Shown: positions 17,352 through 26,764, counted from the stretch's first letter. The stretch: 64,000 nt of DNA from an archaeon (GCA_043822065.1 JBDRCC010000020.1:1-64000), one strand, 5' to 3'. The notes: generated by a model from the sequence alone, not told the origin. Numbers and translations are program-made.

Positions 17352-19091
17352 TCATATAAGGCTAAGGCTTTTTGTTATGCTGAACAGTGCGTTCCCCCCT
17401 ACCAAAAGGATGGGAAGGTACATCAGCATCTTTTTTTTGTTCCCCTCCAGGTTGGCGACTGAAAAAGAAATAACAAACGGCTGGACCAGGAGGTTCAGCT
17501 GGATGCCCTTCACGAGTGCGTCAAGCATTCCTAGGTCTACCGTGAACAACGTCCCGTTAAGCAGGCCCACCAGCCCGCCGCCCATCGAGACCACGACGCC
17601 GAACAGGCATGACGCTATCATGAATCCGGCAAGCTGGGTCATCCTCTCGCTTGCAGTCGCCGACCTTGCCTCCTGCATGAGGTACTTTACCCTCCGTATG
17701 TATTCCGACGTCTCAAGGAAAGCCTGGCGCATGTTCACCCCCGTCTTGTGGGCGTCAACAAGCAGCGAAGAAGCCCGCTTCACGAGCTCTGAGCCGGTGT
17801 CCCTGTAGATTTTTGAGAGCGACTCCTCGACCGTGCTCCCCGCCTCAATCTCCCTCGAAGCCATGGAAAAGTGCCAGCTTATCCCATTGAGCCCGAGCTT
17901 TCCTATCCCGCTGACTATCCTCTCCGTCCTGTCCTCCGAAAACTGCGCAGCCTGCTCAAGGACGACTGGGAGGTTTTCCTCAAGGTCCTTTAGGAAGGAC
18001 GCGTACTGCACAAGGGGGTAGGCGATGAACGCCCCGCCGGCGAACGCGCCTGCGGCCGCGGAAAATGCGACCGAGTTAAACGCCCCTGCGCCAAGCGCCC
18101 TTGCAAGCAGGATGCTGCCTGCAAAAGCCCCCACACCAAGCGCCATCCCAGCCCCAACTCGAAATCCCGCTCCGTGCCCGTACCCCAGCACTCCAAGCGC
18201 CCTGTCGAGCTCGTCCAGCATGCCATCCTTCCTCGTGCCGTGCAGCCTCTTCACGAAAACCGGCACTGTCGAAAGCTGGTACTGGTAAAGGCATATTGCG
18301 GCGAAGCTGAAGCCAAAGCCTATCCCCGAGCTTATTGCAAGCTCAGAGACGTCCGGCGAGTAAATCAGCATGCCTATCATCAGCAGGCAGACAAGAAGCG
18401 TCGGGAATACGACGGTAAAAACGGTCGACGTCTGGCTTAGAATGCCCGACTTCGCGTTGTGCTCCCTCAAAACATTCTCATTTTTCTTCAGTATGGCCTC
18501 AGCCACCTGCCGTATGCTCCCGCTGTTCGGCTGGGCGTACGAGCTCTTGAGCGCGGCAATTCCCTGGCCAACGAGCACCGAGTCGACTGAATCCGCTACC
18601 CTGTCCAGCCCGTCGAGGATGCTCGCCCCAGCCCGTTCCCAAATCAGGACGCGCCTTACCTCCTCGGAAAAATGGCCGTAGCCGGAGGAAACGCGCTCAA
18701 GGCATTTCCGGAACAGCCTGCCGGAGCCCATATCCGCCGAAACCACAAGGAGCCCGAGCCCCATGTCCGTTTCGAATTCCTCTGCGTACCTCTTCCTGCA
18801 CTTATCAGGCTCAATCAGCGAAAGCGCAAAGCAGCCAAAGCCAGCCATCCCGGCAGCCAAGAGCGCCCTTGAAAGCCCACCCCCAAGCAGCCCAAACAGC
18901 GCGAGGAGCAGCAGGAAAACCATGCCGAAACCCAAAATTCCCAGGAACACAGAATACACAAACCACTCCTCCGCAGAATGCTCGAGCTGCGACTTTGCAA
19001 GGCTCTTTCCAAGGTATTCTCTTGCCGTAGAGGGTATTGGTACAAGCGGTTTTATCTTTTGGCTGAGCTCTACGAGGCTGTCCTTTTTCAA
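17352..19091 (-). CDS. tadC: Type II/IV secretion system membrane platform protein (TadC/PilC, two T2SSF domains)
   Basis: Two repeats: SGYGHFSEEVRRVLI..RAGAS..DGL and LEENLP...EIEAGSTVEESL; next to pilins. Confidence 0.8.
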   Translation of the reverse strand: MKKDSLVELSQKIKPLVPIPSTAREYLGKSLAKSQLEHSAEEWFVYSVFLGILGFGMVFLLLLALFGLLGGGLSRALLAAGMAGFGCFALSLIEPDKCRKRYAEEFETDMGLGLLVVSADMGSGRLFRKCLERVSSGYGHFSEEVRRVLIWERAGASILDGLDRVADSVDSVLVGQGIAALKSSYAQPNSGSIRQVAEAILKKNENVLREHNAKSGILSQTSTVFTVVFPTLLVCLLMIGMLIYSPDVSELAISSGIGFGFSFAAICLYQYQLSTVPVFVKRLHGTRKDGMLDELDRALGVLGYGHGAGFRVGAGMALGVGAFAGSILLARALGAGAFNSVAFSAAAGAFAGGAFIAYPLVQYASFLKDLEENLPVVLEQAAQFSEDRTERIVSGIGKLGLNGISWHFSMASREIEAGSTVEESLSKIYRDTGSELVKRASSLLVDAHKTGVNMRQAFLETSEYIRRVKYLMQEARSATASERMTQLAGFMIASCLFGVVVSMGGGLVGLLNGTLFTVDLGMLDALVKGIQLNLLVQPFVISFSVANLEGNKKKMLMYLPILLVGGNALFSITKSLSLI

Positions 19092-19095
19092 ATCT

Positions 19096-19218
19096 TCAGA
19101 ACGGCAGCGAGATTGGCATGCTTATGAACCCAAACCACTGCAGCACGAAAACTATGACGATTACCGCAAGGACTGCGATAACCGCATACACCAGCTTTCT
19201 CTTCGTCTCGTCTTCCAT
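19096..19218 (-). CDS. 40 aa single-TM protein, not in the ORF track
   Basis: MEDETKRKLVYAVIAVLAVIVIVFVLQWFGFISMPISLPF*, just upstream of tadC. Confidence 0.55.
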   Translation of the reverse strand: MEDETKRKLVYAVIAVLAVIVIVFVLQWFGFISMPISLPF

Positions 19219-19281
19219 CAAAACCGCCCAGTACCAGTCTTTTTGGCTTAACTTGCATATAAACCTTGTTCGCTGGTGAAA

Positions 19282-20001
19282 TCAGAACTTTATAAAACTA
19301 TCTAACTTCTCGCAGCCGAAGCTCACCCACAGCCCGAGGAGGTAATGTGATAGGAAGCCATAAGTCCCGCCGGTGCCGTACGCCAGGTAGGCAATCACAA
19401 GGAATCCGGCAACCCCGATGCCGACGCGCTTCCTGTCGAACCCGCGCGGCGTCTTTACTTCAGTAAGGTAGCCGAGACCAAGCCCGAGCAGCGAGCCGCT
19501 GTACTCGCTGTACATGAATCCAGGGCTTATGTAGAGCGCAAAAATAGTGAGCGCGAGAACTCCGCCGAGCAGGTACCACCTGTACCTCTTTTCAACCTTG
19601 TACTCCGGGAATCTCTTCCAGAGGCTGAATACAACGTACCCTTCCACCGCGCCTATAAGCAGCCCGGCAACAACGTCCTGCCAGAAGTGTTCCCCCATGG
19701 CCACCCTGCTTATCGCGACCAGCAGGGCAAGGGAGTAATACCACGGCTCCTCCCTGAGGAATGAAAGCAGCGCGCTTATCCTGGAGGTGTGTGCGCTCGG
19801 GAAAGAGTAGCTTGGCTCAGTTGCGCCGGCAGGCCTCTGGACCGCGAAAAAGTTCTTCAGCCCCCCGATGAGAAGCGAGTCCAGGAGCAGTACGCCTGAC
19901 AGCCCGATGCTCCGCTTCCGCTGGCCAGTCCAGACAAGAAGCCCTATGACTAGCAGGAAAAAGTAAAGCCCGCCAAGCTCCGTTACTATTTCCCAGACCA
20001 T
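19282..20001 (-). CDS. PAP2 family phosphatase
   Basis: K..F...RP, SFPSAH, SRVAMGEHFWQDV. Confidence 0.9.
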   Translation of the reverse strand: MVWEIVTELGGLYFFLLVIGLLVWTGQRKRSIGLSGVLLLDSLLIGGLKNFFAVQRPAGATEPSYSFPSAHTSRISALLSFLREEPWYYSLALLVAISRVAMGEHFWQDVVAGLLIGAVEGYVVFSLWKRFPEYKVEKRYRWYLLGGVLALTIFALYISPGFMYSEYSGSLLGLGLGYLTEVKTPRGFDRKRVGIGVAGFLVIAYLAYGTGGTYGFLSHYLLGLWVSFGCEKLDSFIKF

Positions 20002-20052
20002 AGCTCCCCTAAATATACCAACATTTAAAATCTTATGCCCCTTATACAAACC

Positions 20053-20235
20053 ATGAAGCGCGGAGTCTCGCTTTCCATGGAGCTTGTGGTTTCCCTTATC
20101 CTCCTGCTGTGCGTGGGAATCCTGCTAATACTCTTCTTCCAGGGAAGGATTTATGAAACAGTCAAGATGGTGGAATTCGGCGGCTCTTTCAGCGCCGAAG
20201 AGGGCGCTGGCAGGATAATCTCCGGCTACTCATAG
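20053..20235 (+). CDS. Short class III signal peptide (pilin-like) protein
   Basis: MKRG/VSLSMELVVSLILLLCVGILLILFF; same N-terminal style as the 4902-7572 array but no Cys tip. Confidence 0.65.
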   Translation: MKRGVSLSMELVVSLILLLCVGILLILFFQGRIYETVKMVEFGGSFSAEEGAGRIISGYS

Positions 20236-20269
20236 GCATTTTATATATTCTGAAACCCACCCCATTCTC

Positions 20270-21019
20270 ATGAAGCGCTTGCTCTTGCTGTTCCTCCTAG
20301 CTGCAGCCGCGGCAGCCAGCCCGCTCTCCGAAACCGAAACCGAGTTCAGCCTGCCTGCCGCAGGGATAAGCCTCTACGGCACAAACTCGACATACTCGGT
20401 CTCTGACATTGAAAGTTCTGTCAAGAAGTTCCAGGCGCAGAAGGTCGAGCCCGCGGACTATGCCTTTCAGGCAGCGCTATTTGCTGCGGAAGCCGCAACC
20501 TTCACCGCGCTTGAGGTCAAGTTCTCAAAAGCCCTACGGTTTTCTGACGAGGCTTACAAGAAGGCAGGCTTGACAACGCGGGGCAAGACGGCATCAAAGG
20601 ACGTCCTGAAAGCCGCAGGCAAAAAAGTCAAGGAGGAATCAGCAGGCACGTTCTCCGCGCTCCAGCTCACGGCAGACGCAGTCCGGGCGCTTGCGATCTC
20701 CGGGCCAACGCCAGGCGGGCTTAGGAAGGCGGCAAAGCACGCAGTCTACTGCGCTGCGGAAAACTACGCCTACGCCCTGTCGAAGGGCGTCTCCCCTGGC
20801 GACCCGAAGATGAATGAGGCAGCAGACTACCTCCGGCTGGCAGTCCTGCACTACCGCAGCTTTTCCCCAGCCATAGACGCGGCTTCCCTTACCTACACAA
20901 AATACACCCCCACTGGCTTCAACAAGGTCGTCGAAAATTCCATCCTTTCAGTCCAGGCCAGCAAGCTCGCCCTGAAAAACAAGCCGGCAAAAAAATCCGC
21001 CCAGCTCTCCATCCGATAG
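20270..21019 (+). CDS. Secreted hypothetical protein
   Basis: Signal peptide MKRLLLLFLLAAAAAA; Ala/Lys-rich. Confidence 0.65.
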   Translation: MKRLLLLFLLAAAAAASPLSETETEFSLPAAGISLYGTNSTYSVSDIESSVKKFQAQKVEPADYAFQAALFAAEAATFTALEVKFSKALRFSDEAYKKAGLTTRGKTASKDVLKAAGKKVKEESAGTFSALQLTADAVRALAISGPTPGGLRKAAKHAVYCAAENYAYALSKGVSPGDPKMNEAADYLRLAVLHYRSFSPAIDAASLTYTKYTPTGFNKVVENSILSVQASKLALKNKPAKKSAQLSIR

Positions 21020-21049
21020 GCTTTTATTGAATCGCGCCTTTAGCAAACC

Positions 21050-21457
21050 ATGGACGGAAAGGAATACCGGGTTCTAATGCGGGTTGGCGGAGCGACATTC
21101 GTGACAATCTTCATCCTTTTCATCTTTGTAGGCGCCGTCAGCGGAGAAAGCATCTGGGAGATGGAGGCCCTCAACCTCGTAGAAATCTTCGTTGCAATCC
21201 CAATCCTCTCTGTGGCATACTACTGGCTAATATCCAGCAAGGTGGAGGAGTTCGAGAAGCGGCTTGAGGTCCAGGAAAAGCTCTTCGAGAAGATAGTCAA
21301 GGAGTTCGGAATCGAGGAGGAGAAGCTTACCCTCGAAGAGAATGACATCTCGCAGGAGGAGAAGACCCTGAAAGAGGACATAGGCGAGCTAAAGGGCCTT
21401 GTCAAGCACATGCACTCAGACCTCACCGTTTTGCGGGAGAAGCTGAAGCGGAAGTGA
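21050..21457 (+). CDS. Two-TM protein with C-terminal coiled coil
   Basis: 2 TM followed by E/K-rich heptads. Confidence 0.7.
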   Translation: MDGKEYRVLMRVGGATFVTIFILFIFVGAVSGESIWEMEALNLVEIFVAIPILSVAYYWLISSKVEEFEKRLEVQEKLFEKIVKEFGIEEEKLTLEENDISQEEKTLKEDIGELKGLVKHMHSDLTVLREKLKRK

Positions 21458-21495
21458 CCACAAACCTTTTTTAAGCCCCCACGATTGGTAATATC

Positions 21496-22347
21496 ATGAA
21501 ACAGTCATTAGATTCCGTAAAGCGCGGGTTTGCGCAGATGCTCAAGGGCGGCGTCATAATCGACGTCACCAGCCCTGACGATGCGAAGCTTGCAGAGCAC
21601 GTAGGCGCTGTTGCAGTGCTCGTCACCGAAAAGCTCGCCGCTGACACCCGCGGGACTGATTACATCGGGCGGATGGCAGACCCAAAGGTCATCACTGAAA
21701 TCTCCAGCGCAGTCACAATCCCTGTGATTGCCAAAGTCCGGCTTGGCCACATATCCGAGGCCCAGATTCTAGCGGAGCTAAACGTCGACATGATATTCGA
21801 GAGCGATGACACCCCGGCGCCAGGCATCTGCTACATAGACAAATGCGAGTTTTCCACGCCGTTTGTCTGCGGCGCATCAACCCTCTCCGGCGCGCTGAAG
21901 CGCATCGACGAGGGCGCATCAATGATACGCATCAACGGCGACTCCGGCTCCGGCAGCGTCTCAGAGCTTATCGGCAATATACGCACCATCAGCAGCGAGG
22001 TGCGTGCGCTTGTCGAGAACAGGAACAGCAGCTCCTTTTTGGCGAAGAAGGCTGACGAGTACGGCGTCTGCTTCGAGCTGGTCGAGGACACGGCTAAAAT
22101 CGGCAGGCTTCCCGTCGCTTGCTTTGCCGCAGGCGGCATAAGCACCCCTGCCGACGTCGCGCTTGCCATGCATATGGGCTGCGACGGCGTTTTTGTAGGC
22201 TCAGGGATATTCAAGGCGCAGCACCCTGACAAGATGGCGAAAGCTCTTGTCTTTGCATCTGACAACTACTCAAAGCCGGACATACTTGCTAAAGTGACTT
22301 CTGCGGCCGGAAGGCCGATGCCTGCGAAGAAAAAGCTGCAGGCCTGA
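21496..22347 (+). CDS. pdxS: PdxS-like protein (PLP synthase lyase subunit), divergent
   Basis: MLKGGVIIDV, PVIAKVRLGH, PFVCGA, FAAGGISTPAD, DGVFVGSGIFK; second catalytic Lys motif reads IRINGD. Confidence 0.88.
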   Translation: MKQSLDSVKRGFAQMLKGGVIIDVTSPDDAKLAEHVGAVAVLVTEKLAADTRGTDYIGRMADPKVITEISSAVTIPVIAKVRLGHISEAQILAELNVDMIFESDDTPAPGICYIDKCEFSTPFVCGASTLSGALKRIDEGASMIRINGDSGSGSVSELIGNIRTISSEVRALVENRNSSSFLAKKADEYGVCFELVEDTAKIGRLPVACFAAGGISTPADVALAMHMGCDGVFVGSGIFKAQHPDKMAKALVFASDNYSKPDILAKVTSAAGRPMPAKKKLQA

Positions 22348-22456
22348 TTAGAGCAGAATTACCATCAGGTCGAATATGACCGAGCTCAGCTTTTTGAGAA
22401 AAAGCTGATGCAAAAACCTAAAGCAGGATTACCATCAGGTCGAATATGACCGAGCT
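22348..22456. repeat. Duplicated gene 3' end (39 nt) flanking a REP-like hairpin
   Basis: 22348-22386 vs 22418-22456, 36/39 identical; hairpin tcagcttttt-gag-aaaaagctga then tgcaaaaac. Confidence 0.92.
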
Positions 22457-23035
22457 TATGAAATGCATCAGGAAGCTTGGCAAAATCGAATTTGTCTTCA
22501 GGTCAACCCACCCGAAGGCGTAGCCCGCGAAAAACGAGTATGGCACCTCAAGCCAGGGCTTTCCTATATGGACCAGCATGTACACGAACGAATGGACCAG
22601 GTTCCCCCACCACTTGTCCTTCAGGCTGAACAGCAGGAAGCCCCTGTAAAAGAACTCCGTCGAGAACATTATAACACCAACCAGCGCCTCGAAAGCTATG
22701 AACATCCACCAGCTGTCAAGCGCCCCCTTCCACTCGGGGTAGTACAGCTTGAAGTCCCCAAGCATTGCGCCGTATGCCATTATCGGCATTGCTACCAGAA
22801 GGAGAATTGCGGAATACTTCAGCCCCGTTCTCCAGTCCCCAAGCTGCATCCCATACGCTGGGAGCTTCTTGCCCCACGCATGCAGGACAATCATCGGGAT
22901 TGCCGCAAGGAAAAGGAACGTGTGCGCCGTCCTCATGAACACGCCTGGCGGGCTTGTGAAATAGCTGCACCATGCCAGGACGCCGGCAAGGGCGAGCACC
23001 AGCAACTTGTTGACTTTCTCAATCTTCATGCCCAC
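22418..23035 (-). CDS. CPBP (Abi/CAAX protease-like) intramembrane metalloprotease
   Basis: TEFFYRG, YMLVHIGKP, SILPSFLMH. Confidence 0.85.
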   Translation of the reverse strand: MGMKIEKVNKLLVLALAGVLAWCSYFTSPPGVFMRTAHTFLFLAAIPMIVLHAWGKKLPAYGMQLGDWRTGLKYSAILLLVAMPIMAYGAMLGDFKLYYPEWKGALDSWWMFIAFEALVGVIMFSTEFFYRGFLLFSLKDKWWGNLVHSFVYMLVHIGKPWLEVPYSFFAGYAFGWVDLKTNSILPSFLMHFISSVIFDLMVILL

Positions 23036-23082
23036 GTATAATATCTAAATCTATTTATACTGAAAACTGCAATATTCCCCCC

Positions 23083-23598
23083 ATGCCAGCCCGCACTTTC
23101 ATGGGCAAGTCCCCAAAGTGGGACCAATCCTGCTACATCGACCAAGCGGCAGTCCTGATTGGCGACGTCACCATAGGGAAATCATGCAGCGTCTGGCCTG
23201 GAGCGGTAATCCGCGCCGACGTGAACAAAATCCAGATTGGGGACAACACAAGCGTCCAGGACAACTGCGTCCTGCACGTCTCCGCCGCCAGGGGGATAAA
23301 AATCGGGAGCAATGTCGTCATCGGCCACGGCGCCATAATCCACAGCTGTGAAATCGGAGACAGCTGCGTCATCGGGATGGGCGCTACAATCCTAGAGGGC
23401 GCGAAAATTGGAAGGGGTGCCGTCATCGGGGCGAACTCGCTCGTCCGCGAGGGGCAGGAAATCGGGGAAATGGAGCTCGCAGTCGGTTCGCCCGCAGTTG
23501 TGAAGAAAAAGCTTGCCGACCTTTCCCTAAACAAGCACCTTCTTGGGGAGTACGCACTCCTGGCTGCCAGGCATCGGTCAGAAAACATTAAAAAATAG
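23083..23598 (+). CDS. Gamma-carbonic anhydrase family protein
   Basis: Hexapeptide repeats, IRADVN.I.IG..TSVQDNCVLH, IGHGAIIH. Confidence 0.92.
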   Translation: MPARTFMGKSPKWDQSCYIDQAAVLIGDVTIGKSCSVWPGAVIRADVNKIQIGDNTSVQDNCVLHVSAARGIKIGSNVVIGHGAIIHSCEIGDSCVIGMGATILEGAKIGRGAVIGANSLVREGQEIGEMELAVGSPAVVKKKLADLSLNKHLLGEYALLAARHRSENIKK

Positions 23599-23614
23599 CC
23601 GCCATTCAGCACTT

Positions 23615-23812
23615 ATGAAGCTTATACTCGCCGCAATCCTGCTCTGCCTGCTTGTTATCCCGGCAGCCGCCCAAGTGGAGGAGCCCCAGAAAATTAATGT
23701 GTTCGAGGTAGTAAAGAAGATTATCAATGCCGTTGGCGACTTCATCATGCGCGCCTTTGACCGGGTTTTCAAGTTTAACGAGACTGAAGCAGAACTATCC
23801 GACTGGGAATAG
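23615..23812 (+). CDS. Small secreted protein
   Basis: MKLILAAILLCLLVIPAAA signal then an amphipathic helix. Confidence 0.6.
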   Translation: MKLILAAILLCLLVIPAAAQVEEPQKINVFEVVKKIINAVGDFIMRAFDRVFKFNETEAELSDWE

Positions 23813-23848
23813 TAAATATTTAAATACCCAACTGTCCAATAGTCTTCT

Positions 23849-23992
23849 ATGGCAGAAGAGCACAAACACGAAACGCTCCATGAGGAGACTGGCATTAGCA
23901 AGTACCTCATAATAGCCATAGTCCTTGCGATAGTCGTAATCGCAATATTGCTAATGCCCGCTCACTGGTTCTACTGGCTAACCTACAGGTAA
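23849..23992 (+). CDS. 47 aa single-TM protein, not in the ORF track
   Basis: MAEEHKHETLHEETGISKYLIIAIVLAIVVIAILLMPAHWFYWLTYR*; TATA tttaaata upstream. Confidence 0.6.
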   Translation: MAEEHKHETLHEETGISKYLIIAIVLAIVVIAILLMPAHWFYWLTYR

Positions 23993-24098
23993 GCATCGCT
24001 TTTTGCATAAGCTTCCCGGACGAACTACGTTCGTCTGGACCCAGAAAGCTTCGCTTTTCCGGGTTTTGTAAAAAGCTGTCTGGCTAACCTACAGGCAG
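23974..24098. repeat. 16-nt direct repeat of a gene end flanking a branched palindromic element
   Basis: ctggctaacctacagg at 23974 and 24080; outer stem gctttttgca/tgtaaaaagc; inner hairpins 24016-24038 and 24040-24063. Confidence 0.85.
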
Positions 24099-24416
24099 TT
24101 TTGCTATCTGCAGGACGACGACTGTCCCTACAAGCCAGGCAACATACCCATCAAAAACAGCCAGGTTACCGAGCGAGTACCTGAAAAGCAGGGTGCTAAG
24201 GACCAGGATCACAAGGCTCATAGGCCCGGCAAGCGGCCTGACCCCGCGGTGCATAAGGTAAAGGAACTGCGCGGCTATTGTTACCAGCGCGAACGCGCCA
24301 AGCAGGTACGGGTTTGCCGCCCCGGAAAGCATGCCCCTGAACAAAATCGCCCCCACAATGACCGAAACTATGTTCGCAGGCAGGCACAGCATGAACATAC
24401 CCAGCCTAATCCGCAT
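24084..24416 (-). CDS. Hypothetical 4-TM membrane protein
   Basis: Hydrophobic ORF; TATA (ttataaata on the - strand) upstream. Confidence 0.6.
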   Translation of the reverse strand: MRIRLGMFMLCLPANIVSVIVGAILFRGMLSGAANPYLLGAFALVTIAAQFLYLMHRGVRPLAGPMSLVILVLSTLLFRYSLGNLAVFDGYVAWLVGTVVVLQIAKLPVG

Positions 24417-24450
24417 TAAGTATTTATAATACCTCCGTCTCCTAACGCCC

Positions 24451-24540
24451 ATGGAAGAAAACAAGCAAACCTTCGTCCAGAAGATAAAGGCGAAGCTCAA
24501 ATCGAAGCCAAAGCCAAAGCCGTCCTGCTGCTGCCGCTGA
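24451..24540 (+). CDS. 29 aa Lys-rich peptide ending SCCCR (putative metal-binding)
   Basis: MEENKQTFVQKIKAKLKSKPKPKPSCCCR*; TATA upstream; TGATG coupling to the permease. Confidence 0.6.
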   Translation: MEENKQTFVQKIKAKLKSKPKPKPSCCCR

Positions 24541-25487
24541 TGATTAGCGAATTCAGCAATTGGCTGGTTTACGGATTATTTGGGATTTCAGCCGGCTCAC
24601 CCTCAGGTGCAGCCTTGGAGTTTTTTGTTTCTGACGCAATAAAAATCCTTCTCATGCTCCTTGTTATGATAACCTTGATATCCTACCTCCGGACCTACGT
24701 CTCCGAGGAGCGCATACGCAAGTCGTTCACGGGTAAAAAAGCCGGCGCAGGGAATATTGCAGCCGCATCCTTCGGCGCGCTGACGCCTTTCTGCTCCTGC
24801 TCCTCAATCCCGATATTCCTGAGCTTTGTCGAAATGGGAATCCCGCTCGGCGTGGCATTCTCGTTCTTGATAACCTCTCCCCTGATAAACGAGTACCTTG
24901 CAGTCCTCATGTTCGCCACTTTCGGCCTGAAAGTCACTGCAATCTACATCGCAAGCGGCATGGCGATAGGAATCCTCGGTGGAATCCTCCTTGACCGCCT
25001 TGGCATGGAGAAATACCTCATCCGCGATGTCACCAAGCTCAAGTCGTGCTCCAAGAAAGCCGAGCCTAAGTCCTGGCAGGAGCGGCTTTCCTACTCCCTT
25101 TCCCAGTCAAATGCGATAATCCGGCGGATATTCCCCTACGTCCTCCTTGGGCTTGCAGTCGGCGCCTACCTGCACGCCTACATCCCTGAGGCGACTGTGC
25201 AGTCCCTCATAACTAGGACCGGCATCTTCGCAGTCCCGCTCGCCGTCGCCCTCGGCGTCCCGCTCTACGCCAACTGCGCCGCAATCGTGCCAATCGCCGT
25301 AGTCCTCTTCCAGAAGGGCATCCCCCTCGGCACAGTCCTCGCGTTCATGATGTCGACCGCCGCCCTCAGCCTGCCGGAAGCGGTAATACTCAGCAGGGTT
25401 ATGAAGCCGAGGCTCGTCGCCGTTTTTTTCGCAGTAATAGCGCTTGCAATAATTTTTACAGGCTACCTTTTCAATTTAATAATCTAG
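24540..25487 (+). CDS. DUF318/ArsP family permease
   Basis: TPFCSCSSIP, FLITSPLINE, GVPLY, LSLPE. Confidence 0.9.
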   Translation: MISEFSNWLVYGLFGISAGSPSGAALEFFVSDAIKILLMLLVMITLISYLRTYVSEERIRKSFTGKKAGAGNIAAASFGALTPFCSCSSIPIFLSFVEMGIPLGVAFSFLITSPLINEYLAVLMFATFGLKVTAIYIASGMAIGILGGILLDRLGMEKYLIRDVTKLKSCSKKAEPKSWQERLSYSLSQSNAIIRRIFPYVLLGLAVGAYLHAYIPEATVQSLITRTGIFAVPLAVALGVPLYANCAAIVPIAVVLFQKGIPLGTVLAFMMSTAALSLPEAVILSRVMKPRLVAVFFAVIALAIIFTGYLFNLII

Positions 25488-25556
25488 CCGAACATCAGCA
25501 ACGACCTTCTTTCAAAAGAAGCTCGACCAAGAAACCATTTAGCCGAACATCAGCAA
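25484..25556. repeat. Duplicated gene 3' end (18 nt) flanking a REP-like hairpin
   Basis: 25484-25501 vs 25539-25556, 17/18; hairpin cgaccttcttt-ca-aaagaagctcg then accaagaaac. Confidence 0.88.
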
Positions 25557-26714
25557 TTCTGGCTTAAGTATCAGGACAAATCCGAGCCCCGCAATCATCA
25601 GCCCGCTCACCAGCTTGAGCCACTTGCCCTCTTTCTGCGTGACTTGGTGCTTCGTCATCGTGTAGACCGCAATCGCGAAGATAGCAAGGTCGTCAAGCAT
25701 GTACATCAGGATGTACAGGGCAAAATACAGGTAGTACTCTATCCTCGGCAGCTCGTGCATCGAGATTATCGTTGAATATATCACCGGCAGCCCTGCCGTG
25801 CACAGCAGCTCCACGAAGTTCACGGTGACCGCGACTGCCATCACACCAAGCATCATAGCGGGCGCTATACTCTGCTTGACGAGCTCATTCATCCTGTGGA
25901 CGATCTTCTTCTTCAGGTGGAGCGGTATCGACAGTGAGATGCCCTTGCCGAACCAGAAGAAGTCCTTCAGGTTTATCACTCCAGCAGCTATCGCGCCGAG
26001 CCCGACGACTGCCCTCAGCCAGGGCATGTACTTCAGGTAGCTCACGACATTGAACGCCGCCGCTATGAACATATAATATACAAGCCCGGAGACGAAAATG
26101 AACGTCCCGCCGATTATCATCATCTTTTTCCGGTCCCCGCTCCCTATCAAAAGGGCAATCAGGAATGTCAGCACCCACATCGCGCAGGGGTTGAACCCGT
26201 CGAGCAGGCCTATCACTACCGTGAAAACCGGGAGTGAAAATGCGTCAATCCCCACCCTGCCTAAAAACGGAAGGGTAACCGTGTCTGTCGCCTCGCAGCT
26301 TTCCACTCCGTTCGGCTCGGCAATCTCCAGCGCGTCCCTGCAGCCGTTTTCTATGCACCCGGCAATCTCTGCCTCAATCTCCGCGCTGGATGTCTCATCA
26401 CTGTCATAGCCGACAAAATGTTTCTCGCCAATTATTAGGGTAGGCACCGAGGATGGGTTGAACCCGCAGGTTTCCCCCATCTGCAGGAAAAGCTCCTGGT
26501 TCGGCACGCTCTCAAGGAGTTCGTACCTGTGGACCTCAAGCTCCGGGTATTTTGCCTCCATCGCGTCAAGGAAAACCTGCTCCTTGTGGCAGTGCGGGCA
26601 GCCCTCTGCCCAGAACATGTACGCCTTAGTCTCGTGCCCGCCTGCGGCAAAGCCAAAGCTGCTGAATAGGAGCAATACTAAACAAGCGATGAAAAGCTTT
26701 TTCATGCGAGCCAT
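25539..26714 (-). CDS. Thioredoxin/glutaredoxin fused to a CcdA/DsbD-like membrane domain
   Basis: Signal peptide, GCPHC, SVP; DGFNPCAMW and ELLCTAGLP. Confidence 0.85.
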   Translation of the reverse strand: MARMKKLFIACLVLLLFSSFGFAAGGHETKAYMFWAEGCPHCHKEQVFLDAMEAKYPELEVHRYELLESVPNQELFLQMGETCGFNPSSVPTLIIGEKHFVGYDSDETSSAEIEAEIAGCIENGCRDALEIAEPNGVESCEATDTVTLPFLGRVGIDAFSLPVFTVVIGLLDGFNPCAMWVLTFLIALLIGSGDRKKMMIIGGTFIFVSGLVYYMFIAAAFNVVSYLKYMPWLRAVVGLGAIAAGVINLKDFFWFGKGISLSIPLHLKKKIVHRMNELVKQSIAPAMMLGVMAVAVTVNFVELLCTAGLPVIYSTIISMHELPRIEYYLYFALYILMYMLDDLAIFAIAVYTMTKHQVTQKEGKWLKLVSGLMIAGLGFVLILKPELLMFG

Positions 26715-26764
26715 ATTGTTTATTTCTTTTAATGGTTTTAGTCCCTAGGCAACTAGCTATTTGG

